Part shown: one piece after another, positions 1 through 14,300 of the stretch | Numbering within the stretch: position 1 is the first letter of the stretch | How the letters are laid out: every line of letters begins with the position of its first letter | From: Octopus bimaculoides | Lineage: Eukaryota | Reading direction: 5' to 3' | Assembly (NCBI RefSeq): GCF_001194135.2 | Contig: NC_068987.1 | Coordinates: forward strand, 75,223,318-75,287,317 | DNA length: 64,000 nt | The notes under the pieces: generated by a model | The model's input: only the letters and a program-made list of their open reading frames with translations | Database searches by the model: none | Told to the model about the DNA's origin: nothing | Made by a program: the position numbers and the translations under genes

Positions 1-1320
1 TTGCTGTTCATATTCTTATTGTTTCTTTTGGAGATTGGCTGTTGTGGCTTTGGGCTTTGTTATTTTTAGTTATTGATGCTGTCTTTGTGGTTGTGTTGGT
101 GAGTGAATAGTTTTCAGGTTCTTTGGCATTCCATCTACCTTTCTGTATTTATGTGGTGGAGCTACCAGCATTTGTTTTTTTTTCTTTTTCCATTTTGGCA
201 CCTCTAATAACATGCCATGCTCCAGTCTTTTCTTTCTTGTCACCTGACAAGAAATTGGAAGAGAGGATGTTGGTTGGTTAATGAGTGAGTGTATGCATTT
301 ATGTTGGTGCTACTGTTGTGCTGGAGAGTAGAGCATTCCAGTAAAGCTTCCTATTTCAAAGGTGGTGGTGGCGGTAGTTATCCCTCTGCTGCACTGGTAG
401 TTGTTTTGGCATGCACTGCTGCCCTTGCTATTGGTGTTGTCATTGATGCCAACACTGTAGCATTGCAGCAAGGACATTTGCACATCCTTCACTTGTGGAC
501 AGGAAGCTCTTGATGGGTGATGCTACTGCAAGTGTAACGTCAGGGTCTTCTGCCTTCTACCACAATTCTTATTCAGTCTCTTCTCCATGGAAATAAGGTC
601 AGTGATCTTTGCATGTCTTCATGGGTAAGCAGCAGCTAGACTTCTATTCTGAGTCCTGCCCAGTTCTTACAGGAAAGAGAGGGAACAGTTGATTCCAAGT
701 TTGTAACTTCTCTACACTCCTCCAAGACAACAAAGTATTTGATAATCATTTCATATAGCGCATTGCTAAATGTTACATTACTTACTAACCCATATAAGAT
801 GGCAATAATACTTCTTGGAGAAGCATACATGTGTGGCATTTTTTGTCCCCTTTTCATTGAGACTTAGGGCCACCATTCTATATTGCCTTCTCTTTCTTAC
901 GTGCAATATACAACCTCACATACCCATCATGCACTTATCAACTTGTGCTAGAATGCAGGTTGTTAACTCAGTATTTTTCTAGATGCATTTGTAGTCAGAG
1001 TTCTCTTAGCTTCTCTTTCTTTTCTGTTAGTGCAAGAAAGTCAGCTCACAACTAAGCAATGTTTGTGTGTCTGCCTAAACTCTACTATTGGAAAGCAAAT
1101 GCTGCATCCACACTTGTGAGTTACTTGTAAACTATGCTGCCTTGTTTATGCCAGCAACCCGGATGATGGTATAGGTGATGTTGCTGTTGGTAATAGCTTT
1201 GAAATATTTGTCTCCACTGATGGTGGTGGTGGTGGTGGTGGTAGGGATGTTGTAGTTGCTAAGAGACATAATGGTGTTGCTATTAGCATCATCATCCATC
1301 ATAGAAACAGAAGTTGTGCT

Positions 1321-1550
1321 GCTGGAGGTTCTTTCTGGTGATGGTAGTTCTTCCAGGTGACAGTGGCTTTTCTAGGTGATGGTGGTTCTTCCTGGTGATG
1401 ATAATTCTTCCTAGTAACAATGGTTCCTCCTGATGATGGCAGTACTTCATGGCAACAGTGGTTCTTCTCAATAATGGTGGTTCTTCCTAATGACGGTAGT
1501 TCTTCCTGGTGCAGGTGATTCTTCTTGATGATGCTGGTGACCATTCTTCC
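1321..1550. repeat. 19-bp minisatellite (consensus gatggtggttcttcctggt), about 11-12 degenerate copies
   Basis: Units parse directly at 19-nt spacing; this explains the repetitive ORF 1299..1544. Confidence 0.85.
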
Positions 1551-2107
1551 TGCAATATTTGGCCACTTTCAGTTGGTGAAAGGTGTTGTTATTGTAAAAA
1601 CTTCTGGTGTTATTCATCTCAACTAATAGTCATCATGACACTGATACCTTTAATTGCTTTAGCATTAACAGCATCACTGGCTCCAGAAGAGAAGCCAGCA
1701 ATACCATTCAGTTTCACGTCATCAAACTGATTCTCTTTCTCTCTTTCTGTCTTATGTTTTTCTTCAAACAATATTCTTAAGTTGGAATCCATCTTTTTCA
1801 CAAAGAAAATAGGAATTTTTCAAAATCATGATGTTAGAAATAAGCAACACTCTTATGGGGGTGTCATCACAACAAAGCAAACTGCATCAAAATAAATTTG
1901 TCAGTTTTTTTTTTTCGCAAATATCAGCAATAAACACTAGGAATAAATTCCCATTCAGGCAAAAGAAAAAAGAAAAAAAAAAAACAGCAAAACAACCCCC
2001 AACAACTTTTGTCAAAACTAAGGCACTTGAAAATCAATAAGGTTTTTTCTATAGAGACAAGAAAAATAATAATAACCCTCGCTACTATGGGAATAAAGCA
2101 TGAAATA

Positions 2108-2937
2108 TTGGGTTGGCAAGAAAGTAATTTTGGTTTTTTAGTGTGAAATAAAAGTCATTTTTTTTCTCATACAAAGAATGAACTCTAATCAATTATATAT
2201 TTTACATTTTGTTTGATGACCTTTTGCCATCTTCATGATTCTGTGCTCATAGAACCTCTAGTTCTTATCAGCCAAAAACTGAAGCAAGTGCAATTTCAGA
2301 TCATCATTATTGAAAGCTTTACCATTCAAAGAATTTTGCAAACTTCGGTTGATTTCATTGTGTTTGAGATGCATGTCGCAAATATTGATCTGTTGTGTTA
2401 AGTGAATCTCTTTCAATTTATGTGGAACCCAATGAGTCCAAGATATTTTAAGTGATTTTTAATTGTTGTATGTGATATATTTAACCTCTGCAATCTCTTG
2501 CAGTTATATGACAATCAGATTCAATTATGGCTTTGATTTGGTCATCATCAACTTCAGTAGGTTGACCAGAACATTGGTCATCTTTGAGTGAAAAATCTCC
2601 AGAACGGAACTTTTACACCATTTCTGACACATGCATTCTGTTAAGCAATCAACACCATAAACTTCACATATCTCTTTGTGAGCCTCAGCAGTTTTCTTGC
2701 CTTTACGGAAATAAAAAAGCAAAATATGACAAAACTGTTCGTTTCTGCACTCCATGTTAAAATTGACACTAACAGCTGTAAACAGAATTATGCACAATTT
2801 GCTTCTAAAGCAAGCTAAAAGTAGTGGCTATCAAATGTCAAAAAGAAAAAAATCATAACATTGACAAAAGTCACTAAAAAAAAAAACGTAAACTCTCTCT
2901 ATTTGCGAAAAACAAAATTACTTTCTTGCCAACCCAA
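2108..2937 (-). mobile_element. Internally deleted mariner element with intact TIRs
   Basis: TIR ttgggttggcaagaaagtaatttt at 2108 and its inverse ending at 2937, TA on both sides. ORF 2525..2797 is the mariner HTH (FCHILLFYFRKGKK..EAHKEICEVYG). Catalytic core is missing. Confidence 0.9.
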
Positions 2938-3125
2938 TATTTGTAGAAGATCAAATCAATTACAATAACTTCAGTGTTCAAATGGTGCTTATTTTATGGA
3001 CCCCTGAAAGGATGAAATGCAAAGTTGACCTCAGCAGAATTTAAACTCAGAATGTAAAGACAGATGAAATGGCACTAAGTGTTTTGTTTGGCATGATAAC
3101 AATTTTGCCAGCTCAACACCTTACC

Positions 3126-3160
<35 letters not shown>

Positions 3161-3871
3161 GCAAATTCAAACTCAGGAGGATTTGAACTCAGAAAATAAA
3201 GGGCCAGAACAAACAACACTAGGCAGTTTGTCTGGTGCTTATTTGAGTCTACCAATCCACTGCTTTCCCCTGCGCCTTTGTTAAGAAATCATAATAATGA
3301 TGAATTTTTTTCAGTCAGATGATTAAACTGACCAATATCTGATTAACAACAACAACAACAACAACTATTTCAAACTTAGGCATAAGCCTACAACCTCAGG
3401 GGTAGGGATAGTTGATATCATCAACCCCAGTACTTGACTTGTTTTATTGATTTCAGAGGGATGAAAGGCAAAGTCGACCTTGGTGAGATTTGAACTCAGA
3501 ACATAAAGAATCAGCAGAAATACAGCAAGGCATTTTTTTACAGACACTCTAGCAGTTCTACCAGCTCACTGCATTGATAGTTTCTAACAAAGGCAAAAAG
3601 AAATCTGGAGGGAGAGGAACAGTAGATTATACTGACCCCAGTAATTGACACATTATTTTATTGATTCTAGAAGGATCAAGGATAAGTTGAAATTGGTAGG
3701 ATTTGAACTTGGAATGTAAAGACCTAGTACAATTTATATTCTTTAATGAGTCTGCCAATAATTGGAATGGTGGCAAATTTATATCTTACTATCTTATTTC
3801 TGTTGGTGTGTGTTCTATTTTGGAAAAGGACTATTTTTGATGACATAAAAGATGTACCCCACTATCAACAA

Positions 3872-4065
3872 CACATCGTCGTTTAACGTCCGTTTTCCAT
3901 GCTAGCATGGGTTGGACGATTTGACTGAGGACTGGTGAAACAAGATGGCTACACCAGGCTCCAATCTGATTTGGCAGAGTTTCTACAGCTGGATGCCCTT
4001 CCTAATGCCAACCACTCCGAGAGTGTAGTAGGTGCTTTTACGTGCCACTGGTACGAAGGCCAGTC
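3872..4065 (-). repeat. RTE LINE 3'UTR fragment
   Basis: Near-identical to the 3' end of the RTE copy at 8015-8239. Confidence 0.8.
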
Positions 4066-4189
4066 AAAAAAGTTTTTAGACAAAATTAGTTTATAGGGAG
4101 CCTAATTTTGCATATAGCACCTGGGGCAATTATTTAGCTAATGAATAAATGCATTAGCTACTGCAATTATTATTATTATATGCTAGCCA

Positions 4190-4975
4190 TATCAGCTAAA
4201 ATACAGCTGAAGGGTACAGAAAATATAAAGGAGAAATTCAAAACAGATTTTCAAAACATATCGAAAGAAAAAATTGGTGAGAAAATTCACTCCATGGCTA
4301 ATATCTTGTAAGGTTTGACAGATTGAAAAACAAACAAGGCTCAGACACTGAAGGTTTGACGTTAGCTACAGAAGACCAATGTTTAACCACAAACAACTTC
4401 AAAGATGAAAGAGTAAAAGAAGTTGCTAATGTTATGCACAAATTATAGCGCAATGAGATGGTCAAACATGTTCTCCATCTACCAATTCCTTACCAAATGT
4501 GAATATATATACACAGATATGATAGATTTGGTAGCAATGTTGACTGAACCATATGCCAGCACTTAAATGAAAACAGACAAGAAAGGGTATAAGATATGAA
4601 CCAATCTTGGCACATGACGATGACCTAGTTCTAATCATTTTGGATGTGTCTATTCAAAGTGACAAGGAAATCAAGGCAAACTGTTCAAAATTAAAAATGA
4701 AGGACTGGAAAGAAAATATGAACACACTGATAGACATCACAGTCCGCTTTGGCTAAAACATTGCATGGGAAGAGGTAGAGAAACTATGCAAATACAAGGA
4801 TCTTGAAATAGAAGTAAGCAAGAGTGACAGTTATAACACTGGATATGATAAAAACAATGTGAGCAAAAACATAGAAGCCATACCAAAACTTTGGACTGTG
4901 TTACATACAGTTCAAAAAGTAGCTCTGTTAGGTACAGTTCACAATCTGTGCAACATATTTTCAGCTCAAAAGTAC
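4190..4975 (+). mobile_element. Decayed non-LTR retrotransposon C-terminus with restriction-like endonuclease region (R4/Dong-like)
   Basis: Frameshifted peptides SDTEGLTLATEDQCLTTNNFK, EKLCKYKDLEIEVSK and VQKVALLGTVHNL. Clade assignment is from memory of family motifs. Confidence 0.7.
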
Positions 4976-5336
4976 AACTTGAAATAGCACACTCTCTGCA
5001 CACAGCACATACCTAACCACACATGCTACATACAGAACAGAACATGTACTATACATGATCTCCACCTAACAACATGACAACACACAGACTCCTACATAAC
5101 TAATACCTGACATTACAACACTAACAACCGCACACTTCACTTTCTACGTAGTCTCAGTTCATTAATGCCACACAAACTATACATAATAACCACCTATCAG
5201 CATAACACATAACACCAATCAACAGTAGATATGAAAAATAATCACCAAACAAAACAATACAACACACTCTGCACATACTGTACATGACAGAGTAAACACT
5301 GAAATAGCACCAGAAACAACAAACTAATCCCCATTA

Positions 5337-5760
5337 TCATCATCATCATCATTTAGCATCCATTATCTATGCTGGCATGTTTTGGATGGTTTAACCAGGG
5401 TTGTTAAGCTGAGAGGCTGCAACAGATTCCAGTCTGATTTAGCATGGTTTCTATGGCTGGATGCCCTTCCTAGCACCAACCACTCCAAGAAGTAGTGGGT
5501 GCTTTTATGTACCACCAGCATGGATACCAGTTGCGTGACACCAATATCTGTCACGACTATGAGTTCACTTGGCTTGATAGGTCTTCTTCTCAAGCACAGC
5601 ATATTTCCAAAGGTCTCAGTCATTTGTCGTTGCCTCCATGAGGCCCAATGCTTGAAAGGCACTTTTTACGTGCCACCAGCACAGGTGCAAGCTACACGAC
5701 ACCGGCATCAGCCACATTGCTTCTGTGAGGCTCAAAAGGTGCTTTTTACGTGCCACTAGC
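5337..5760 (-). repeat. Older RTE-3'UTR-related repeat with (CAT)n tail
   Basis: catcatcatcat tail and ctggatgcccttcct...caaccact core shared with the RTE 3'UTR copies. Confidence 0.65.
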
Positions 5761-6139
5761 ACAAACAATTATATTTGACATAATATACTAACACAAGTCT
5801 ATATCTCCAAAACATAATGCTATGCACATCTCAGGAACACAGAGGTGCAGCTGGGAGATGTAGAAACTTACGTGAAACTGTTGAAACAACATGTCTATGT
5901 CTGTTTACCAGTCATATCTTTGTGTAATTTTGAAATATTCATAATCTTAGTACCACATCATCATTCAATGTCCATTTTCCCATCTTGCATAGAACAGACA
6001 GAATTCACTGAGGTAGATTTTCTGTGGCCAGATGCCCTTTCCTGTTCCCGATGCTTACACTTAAAAATAAGGTAATATTTCTCCATGGAAGACAGAAACA
6101 AACAATATCACTTGTATGATGGTGATGTTCGTTTACAAC

Positions 6140-6800
6140 TTAAGGAAGGGAAGAACTCATCAGTTCTGTACCAGCACGCTGAGCAAGAACATAGAGGCTC
6201 AATCAACAACATAGAAATTAAAATCTTATCTACACATAGCAGTGATGCAGCACTTAGACAAATTACTGAAGCTACACACATAATAGAAGAGAAACCTAGC
6301 CTGAATAGGAAACTAGAATGGAACACTAACACACACCACTAACAAACCACAACATGACATGTTACCCATAAACCAATAATAATATGAACAAAATATAATA
6401 CAATACATAGATAAACAAATAGAATTAAATACTACATACGTTAACAAAATTTAATTAAACACAAAAAAACAAAAACAAAAAAAAAACAGTAGATAAAAAA
6501 AACAAAAAACAAACAAACAAACACACACACATGAACAAATAAATAAATAAGAACAAATACAAACGAACACGTATTAACAGAGAATATAGGTGATACAGAC
6601 ACTCCCCATACACACATGCACTTACAAAAGACACAGACACATTGAAAGACACGCATGCGTAGACACATACAATAGGAATACAAAATACAAAATGGCTGAT
6701 ATTTAGCAAGGTGAGACACACATAAGAAAGAAGGAAACAAAAGACCACTGATGAGGTCACAGAAGTGTGACGAAAGAACTCTGGCCGAAATAAGATTAAG
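6140..6800 (+). mobile_element. Penelope-like element 3' remnant: GIY-YIG C-terminus, A/C-rich spacer and hammerhead
   Basis: SVLYQHAEQEH..IEIKILST..DAALRQITEATHIIEEKPSLNRKLEW (ORF 6085..6342) resembles the PLE GIY-YIG tail; a same-strand hammerhead follows. Confidence 0.75.
6743..6786 (+). ncRNA. Minimal type I hammerhead ribozyme motif
   Basis: gacca-CTGATGA-g-GTCACA(gaag)TGTGAC-GAAA-g(aa)c-TC^tggcc: stem II 6 bp, stem III 2 bp, stem I cca/tgg; predicted cleavage after C6781. Confidence 0.8.
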
Positions 6801-6898
6801 ATTAATGTAATATAAAGCTGAAGCAAATTAACACCAAATATACAGTGCATGTGTTTTTATTGGCTAAACTGGCAATATGACCATCCCCAAGTACAACA

Positions 6899-6951
<53 letters not shown>

Positions 6952-7146
6952 ACCATTATATGCAGCAGATATAGTAAAGTAAAATTAGACCTGAGTAATA
7001 CAAGTAAATTTTGAAACAGTGAGAAGAAAACTGAAAACTCATTAATATGCAAAGCAGGCAATGATTTGAAAAGCTTGTGCGACAATGGCTCCTAGCACAA
7101 AATAGTTACAATGTAGAAGTAATACATAGAGTAAACATCAACTTAC

Positions 7147-7247
7147 TTAGTTTTAGGCCTTATATCACCAGCACTACCATGACGTTCAAATAGCGGACAA
7201 CCTTCATTTTTCCAGGCATTCCAGTTCTCTTCACGTCTTAATATATG
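7147..7247 (-). CDS. THOC1: THOC1 exon 14 ([33 protein letters not shown]-)
   Basis: ttggcag / gtaagt, 101 nt. Confidence 0.96.
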
Positions 7248-10200
7248 CTGCCAAATAAATTAATTCATAGGTAGTAATTAGATAACAAATAAGATAATGT
7301 ATTTCTAAACAGACCTTAACCATTTAGTATTCAAACTGGCCATATCCAGCCCAAATATTCTCTCTGTATTTCCTGTTCAAACTGGCCAGGTCCAGCCTCT
7401 TACATCTATCCAACTCTGTCATTCTAAAAATAAACAATCATATCACTGAAATCTCAAAACTATGAGATAATTCACAATTAATTCAAAGCAATGTCAATAA
7501 ATAAGCCTTACATTTGACAGAATAATCTGAGTGCTAAAGGGTTAAATTAAGTATCATAAATGGTTGTATATCACCATCGTCACTTAACATCCACTTTTTT
7601 TATACTTGCATGGGTCATATGGAATTCGTTGAGACAGAATTTCTACACTGGATGCTCTTCCCGTTGCTAACCCTCTCCTGTTTCCAAGCAAAGTAATATT
7701 TTTCTATAGCTAGACATGTCTCTCATGGAAAACTAGAAACGAACAACCTCGTTTGTATGACAATGATGCCCATTTACAATCATCATGATATCTAGACAAG
7801 GACACACATAAACACAAATATTTTTATATATATACACACACACATTCATATATATACATCATCATCATCGTTTAATGTCCTCTTTCCATGTTGGCATGAG
7901 TTGGATGATTTGACATGGAGCTGGCAAGCAGGAAGTGGTCTAGACTCCAACTGTATGTTGTGGCATGATTTCTATGGCTGGCTGCCCTTCCTAATGCCAT
8001 GTACATATATATATCATCATCATCATCGTTTAACGTCCGCTTTCCATGCTAGCATGGGTTGGACGATTTGACTGAGGACTGGTGAAACCGGATGGCAACA
8101 CCAGGCTCCAATCTAATTTGGCAGAGTTTCTACAGCTGGATGCCCTTCCTAACGCCAACCACTCAGAGAGTGTAGTGGGTGCTTTTACGTGTCACCCGCA
8201 CAAAAACGGCCACGCTCGAAATGGTGTCTTTTATGTGCCNNNNNNNNNNNNNNNNNNNNNNNNNNNNNNNNNNNNNNNNNNNNNNNNNNNNNNNNNNNNN
8301 NNNNNNNNNNNNNNNNNNNNNNNNNNNNNNNNNNNNNNNNNNNNNNNNNNNNNNNNNNNNNNNNNNNNNNNNNNNNNNNNNNNNNNNNNNNNNNNNNNNN
8401 NNNNNNNNNNNNNNNNNNNNNNNNNNNNNNNNNNNNNNNNNNNNNNNNNNNNNNNNNNNNNNNNNNNNNNNNNNNNNNNNNNNNNNNNNNNNNNNNNNNN
8501 NNNNNNNNNNNNNNNNNNNNNNNNNNNNNNNNNNNNNNNNNNNNNNNNNNNNNNNNNNNNNNNNNNNNNNNNNNNNNNNNNNNNNNNNNNNNNNNNNNNN
8601 NNNNNNNNNNNNNNNNNNNNNNNNNNNNNNNNNNNNNNNNNNNNNNNNNNNNNNNNNNNNNNNNNNNNNNNNNNNNNNNNNNNNNNNNNNNNNNNNNNNN
8701 NNNNNNNNNNNNNNNNNNNNNNNNNNNNNNNNNNNNNNNNNNNNNNNNNNNNNNNNNNNNNNNNNNNNNNGGTGAGGCCCAATGTACGTAGGTCTTGCCT
8801 CACCACCTCAGCCCAGGTCTTCCTGGGCCTACCTCTTCCACGGGTCCCCTCAACTGTTAGGGTGTGGCACTTTTTCACGCAGCTATCCTCATCCATTCTC
8901 ACCACATGTCCATACCAGCGCAATCGTCTCTCTTGCACACCACAACTGATGCTTCTAATGTTCAGCTTTTCTCTCAAGATACTTACACTCTGACGGGTAT
9001 TCACATTGACATTACATATATATATATCTATATATATATATATATATACACACACATATGTACACATACTTTCAGTTTTTTAGCTTCCTTATGTCCCCTA
9101 CCCTATATTGATATCCAGAAAAGTGGGTTACATATCACTTCAGAATATCAATGATACAGGAAGCTTCAAGGAGAATTAAAAAAAAAAAAAGAACCAATGC
9201 ACATTTAGGTAGGTTTTCAAGAATAACACAATGCCCCACAGTGAAATGAAAAACATCAAAAGTGTCAAAACTGAAAACCATTAAAAATGATTGAATAATA
9301 CATGTAGGTGTGACCTGCAGATGTATGTCAAATTTGGAACAAAAGATCAGTGAGTCATTGATTTACCGAGTTATTTGCACTGTCAAAGTTAATACAGAAC
9401 TACACACAAAGAAAACCATGTGTGTGTGTGAATGTGTGTATATATAAAGATATATATATATATATATATAAAGATATATCATTTCATATACATAGGATTT
9501 AAATGTGAGCTACTATTCGTTCATGTCTCAAAAAAACACAATGACTGGACAAACTTGTATAGTGTGCTGGGTATATATACAAGCTTGTTCAATTATTGTA
9601 TTTTCTGAGGCATGAAGATACTAATAGTAGCTTAATATCCTGTGTATATTTATCTCTCACTGGATGGAGAAATATTTCATTTGTTGACTTCACCTATTAT
9701 GGAACAGTACAATATACATACATATATATACATACACACAAATTACGTTTCAAATTATTAACAAAGTTAACATTTTACAATTTTATTTAAAAACTACTTG
9801 TTGGAATTCAACAAAATTTACACAGAATGCTGTGTAAAAGAATGTGAAGTTCCATAAAACAACACAGAAACTATGACTATTTGCCAAATTTACATAAACT
9901 TTCACTGTTTCAAATTATTAGCAAGGTGTAATTAAAACTCATGTAAACAAGACAATATCAACTTAATTATTTAATGCATGCACTGAAATGAACACATAGT
10001 CATAAAGATGAAAGAAATAGAAATAAGCAAAAAACTGCATTCAAAGATGATAGGTGAGCTGGTTAGTAAGGGATATATGAGCCTTTGTTTGAAATAAGTT
10101 AGAAAAAGCACTGGTCCATGGAACATGCTAATTTCTGGATTTCTTCTGATGTCATACCACAAAATACATCCACTATTGCCTGTCACAGTTCATCCTTGCT

Positions 10201-11273
10201 CCTAAATTGGCTTCCATTCTCATAAACTTGTCACTTTAGAATACTCCACAAGTTTTCTATTGGATTTAAGTATTGGGAACAAGCAGGTCACTTCATCTTC
10301 AGAGGTCCACAGAAGCCTAATTGTTGCAGATACTCTGTAGTCTTCTTTGCTGAGTGTGAGGACACATTATCTTGCATGAATATTGTGGTTGTCTTGAAGG
10401 TGATACTTTGCTTTTTTTAATCAAAGTTCAAGGTGTTCCCTCAGAAAGGCTATATAAGTATCCACAGTCATTTTAACACCAACAGGCACTTTTCAAGGAC
10501 CAACCATAATACCTGCCCAAGTCATGATGCCTCTTCCACCTTGTTGGCATCTCAAAGGTCGACGATGATTTCGTTCACTTATAACCCATCCCCCTGCTCC
10601 AACCATCAGGTCCATCAAGAGTAATACAAATTTCATCCATAAACAAAAATTTTGAAAAGTCAACCTTCATGTTATCTTTGTGCCCTTTCAGACGATTTTG
10701 TATGTGGATTTTGTCTGAAGGAAGCCTTTTAACTGATGTCACTGATTTACCAACCTTTTTCAGAAGATGACATTGGGTGGTTCTGAACACAGTTGTTTTG
10801 CTGAGGTGCTTGAAATGTTCTCCACTTGTAAGACCTGGGTTCTTTAAAGCCTCACACTTAATACATGACAGAACGTTGAGAAACAGCTCTTGGGACTGAC
10901 CCTTGTTGGTTCTCTTACATATCTTTGTAGGAGCTGTAACAAATTTTTTTTCACAGTTTGGTGATACCTTCCAATTATTTTAGATATTTCTAATATTGAT
11001 TTACATTTTGCAAGTTCAGAAGTAATAAGAGATTTCTATGAAGCAGTTAAGTCACATTTACGACCCATAACTACACAATTATCAGACCGCTCATTTATAA
11101 TTTGGAACACTGAAAGTTTGTGGAAATCATGCAAATAGCCATGGTTTGTTTACACTTGCACACACCACACACATATAACTGTTGCCATCATTCTGTGGAA
11201 ACTTCATTGAATTCCAACAAGTAGCTTTTAAATAAAATAAGAAAATGTTACGTCATTAATAATACGAAATGCA

Positions 11274-11328
<55 letters not shown>

Positions 11329-14300
11329 ATGTGTATCTTGGTCTTTAGAATAAGTATATGTAGTGTAAGTGCATGTGTGAGAGGCAAAAGGCAACAAAAC
11401 AGAATGGTATAAGAAAGGGCATCATTAAACACTGCCACAGAATATCCTGTCCAACCCATGCCAGCATGGAAAAGTGGGAGTCAAAAAAAAAAACCAACAG
11501 AAACGAAATACTTACCAGTATAGATTTGGCAAAAGTCTCTCCATCAGGAGGTGTTTCTTTAAGTAGTTGGTAAACCCATTCTTCTGTTGTTTTAATCCAA
11601 ACATTTTGTTCTTCAGACAGGACACAGTTGGCACTGAAGGAACCAAAGTGGAGAAGAAATAAAATACAAACCATTTTTTATGACGTATAAACATGTATGT
11701 GAGTGTATGTATGTGTGTAATTTCTCCTTGCCTTGACATTGTGTGATAATTGTAAGCAAGTGTCACCATCGTGTGAGTGGTGTACTTTGTTTCCAATTTT
11801 CTGTGAAAACATCTAGTCATTGGGAAATATTACCTTACTTGAAAACAGGTGAAGGTTGGAGGCAGGAAGGATGTTCGGCCATAGAAAATCGACCCCAATA
11901 AACTCAGTCTGACCCATGTGAGCATAGGAAAGTGGATGTTAAAAGGATGATGATGATGATGATTCTAGGTAGATTCTTTCAATGATAAATCTAACATTGG
12001 TTTTCATGAATGAGGGTTTCACTTGAATGTACAAACAAAATGTGGATTCACAAGCCACATCCTAGACTACTCTTCAAGGAAAGCACTGAATAAGAACTGA
12101 CGAGAAGTAGAGAGGATTATTTAGTCTTGTGACAGACAATTCCTCTCTAAAGCTGGTAGCATAATAAAATGCACCCAGTATATCATCATCATTATTATTT
12201 AACATATGTTTTCTATGCTGGTATGGGATGGACAGTTTGGCAGGAGCTGGCTAACCAGAGGACTGCACTAGACGTTAATGTCTGCTTTGGCATGTTTTCT
12301 ATGGCTGGATGCCCTTCCTAACACCAGTACATGTTGTAAAAATGAAAAGTATGATTGAGATGTGGGACATTTCAAATTGCAGATCTGTTGTTGTGCCTAG
12401 ACTAAGAAGGTGGCACAATAAAGATGATAAAGTGCACCCAGCTGTACACAACCACCAAGTTGGTCAGTTTTCAATGTAGCTGTGTGTTGCCAAGCAACAG
12501 AGAACACTGGCCCACTATGTTGTGTTTCAGACAATGCAGATTGTGCTGAGAGACGGCAAGACAGATTCACATATGCCAATATAAATAAAAGGAACGTAAA
12601 ATGATTATATATATATATATTTATAAAAAGAATAAAGACCCCCTTCAGTCATGAATGATCATGGGATTATACCTAGAAAGTTACCCTCCAAGACGCAAGT
12701 CTGGGTAAGGTTGTTTATAGAAGATCAACAGTAGCCCATGCATACCAGCCTCCCTTCTCCATGCCACTGATGTTATCCAAGAAAAAGGCAGAAGTTGAAA
12801 CAGCTTGGCACCATTTCAACTCATTTCTACAGCTGAATGAGCTGGAGCAATGTGAAATAAAGTGTCTTGCTCAAGAACAAAACACAGCCTGCTGCAGGAA
12901 TTGAACTCATTACCTCATGACTGTGAGCTCGACATGTTAACCACTGAGCTATGCACCTTGTCTGGATATCATGTGATGGTTGCAAATAAGCATCAATGTC
13001 ATACAAGTAACTTTGCTCATTTCCAGTCTTCTGTGAAAAACATGTCTATGAGGAAATATCACTGTGTTTGGAAAAATTTCAAGGGATGGTGGCAGGAAGG
13101 GCATGCAGCTGTAGAAAACCTGCCTCAACAAATTCCATCCGACTCATGTAAGCATACACTTCACCCTCTCTCATCACTTTATATATACATGCACATGAAT
13201 GAGAAGCGTTCCAAATGTTTTGAGACTAACAGACATAATGACAGGCAATCAAATAAAACAATAATTTGGAAATTTGAAATCAGTCTCAAGGATCGTAGTC
13301 AAGCACATCTTGTGTTTGTGCACAAGCATGCTGTTTCAGCAGCTGACTTACTTTTTAAACTTGACAGGAGCATTCAGGTACTGGACGAGAATCAGGAACT
13401 GTACTAGCACATATCTCCGGAAATTACTGTCTGAGAGCTGAAGATCAAGTAACTGCAATGTGAAAATGAAAGAAGAATTATACTCAATTCAGCTGCATCA
13501 CACAAAAAAAACAAACAATGTTCATAAATAAAAAGAGAGGGACAATCATGTCATTATTTTACACAGAGTGAAAACGAGGCAATGACGAAGCTTCTGCATT
13601 CTGGCACAACCTGCTAGATCCTGTAACCAAACCTCCCTCAAATTGCAGTGTGCACTTTAGCAAAGAAGCTTCTGAGATCACTTGACTTGCTAAAAACAAC
13701 AGCCAAATTTACCTCAAATCACACTTTAGCATCTAACATGAAGAAATATATCAACAGGGTAATGTAGTTTGAGACAATGTTTAAAATAAAAGACAACATA
13801 GTTATGGTTGGAATGTCTTTGATGATAGGCCTACTCAATCTGGATTGACCTGGGGGTTAAACAATAACAAGGAGAGACAGGACAATGTAGACTCTAATAT
13901 ACAAAAAATCTTGATGGAGTAGGCATTGCTGTGTGGCTGAGAAATTTGCTTCCCAACCATGGGGTTTTGTGTTTTGTTCCACTGTGTGACACATTGGACA
14001 AGTGTTTTCCACTATTGCTCTGAGTTAACCAAAATATGTGTGTGTGTCTCCTTGTCTTCACATTACGTGATAGTTGTAAATGATTGTCATTGTCATACAG
14101 TGTTATGCCTGACCATGGGGAAATATTATTTTGCTAAGAAACAGGAAGGGCATCCTGCCTCAACAGATACCTTCTGACCCATGCAAACATGGGAAACTGG
14201 ATGTTAAATGATGGTAATGCTATATATATAGGAGAGTATTGTAGTTCGCTTGAAGCATTGTGTATTGTTTGTAAAGAATAAAAAGTTTAGAATGGTACAA

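Noticed and set aside
5790-5890. N-terminal half of the GIY-YIG domain split by a repeat insertion
   Set aside because: Only a vague ..LKQH similarity; equally consistent with the 3'UTR of the upstream RLE LINE
6441-6850. Hydrophobic ORFs resembling membrane proteins
   Set aside because: Translation of a T/G-rich low-complexity strand
8082-8993. Long ORFs of 198-303 aa
   Set aside because: Mostly N-gap translation; only the RTE C-terminus is real
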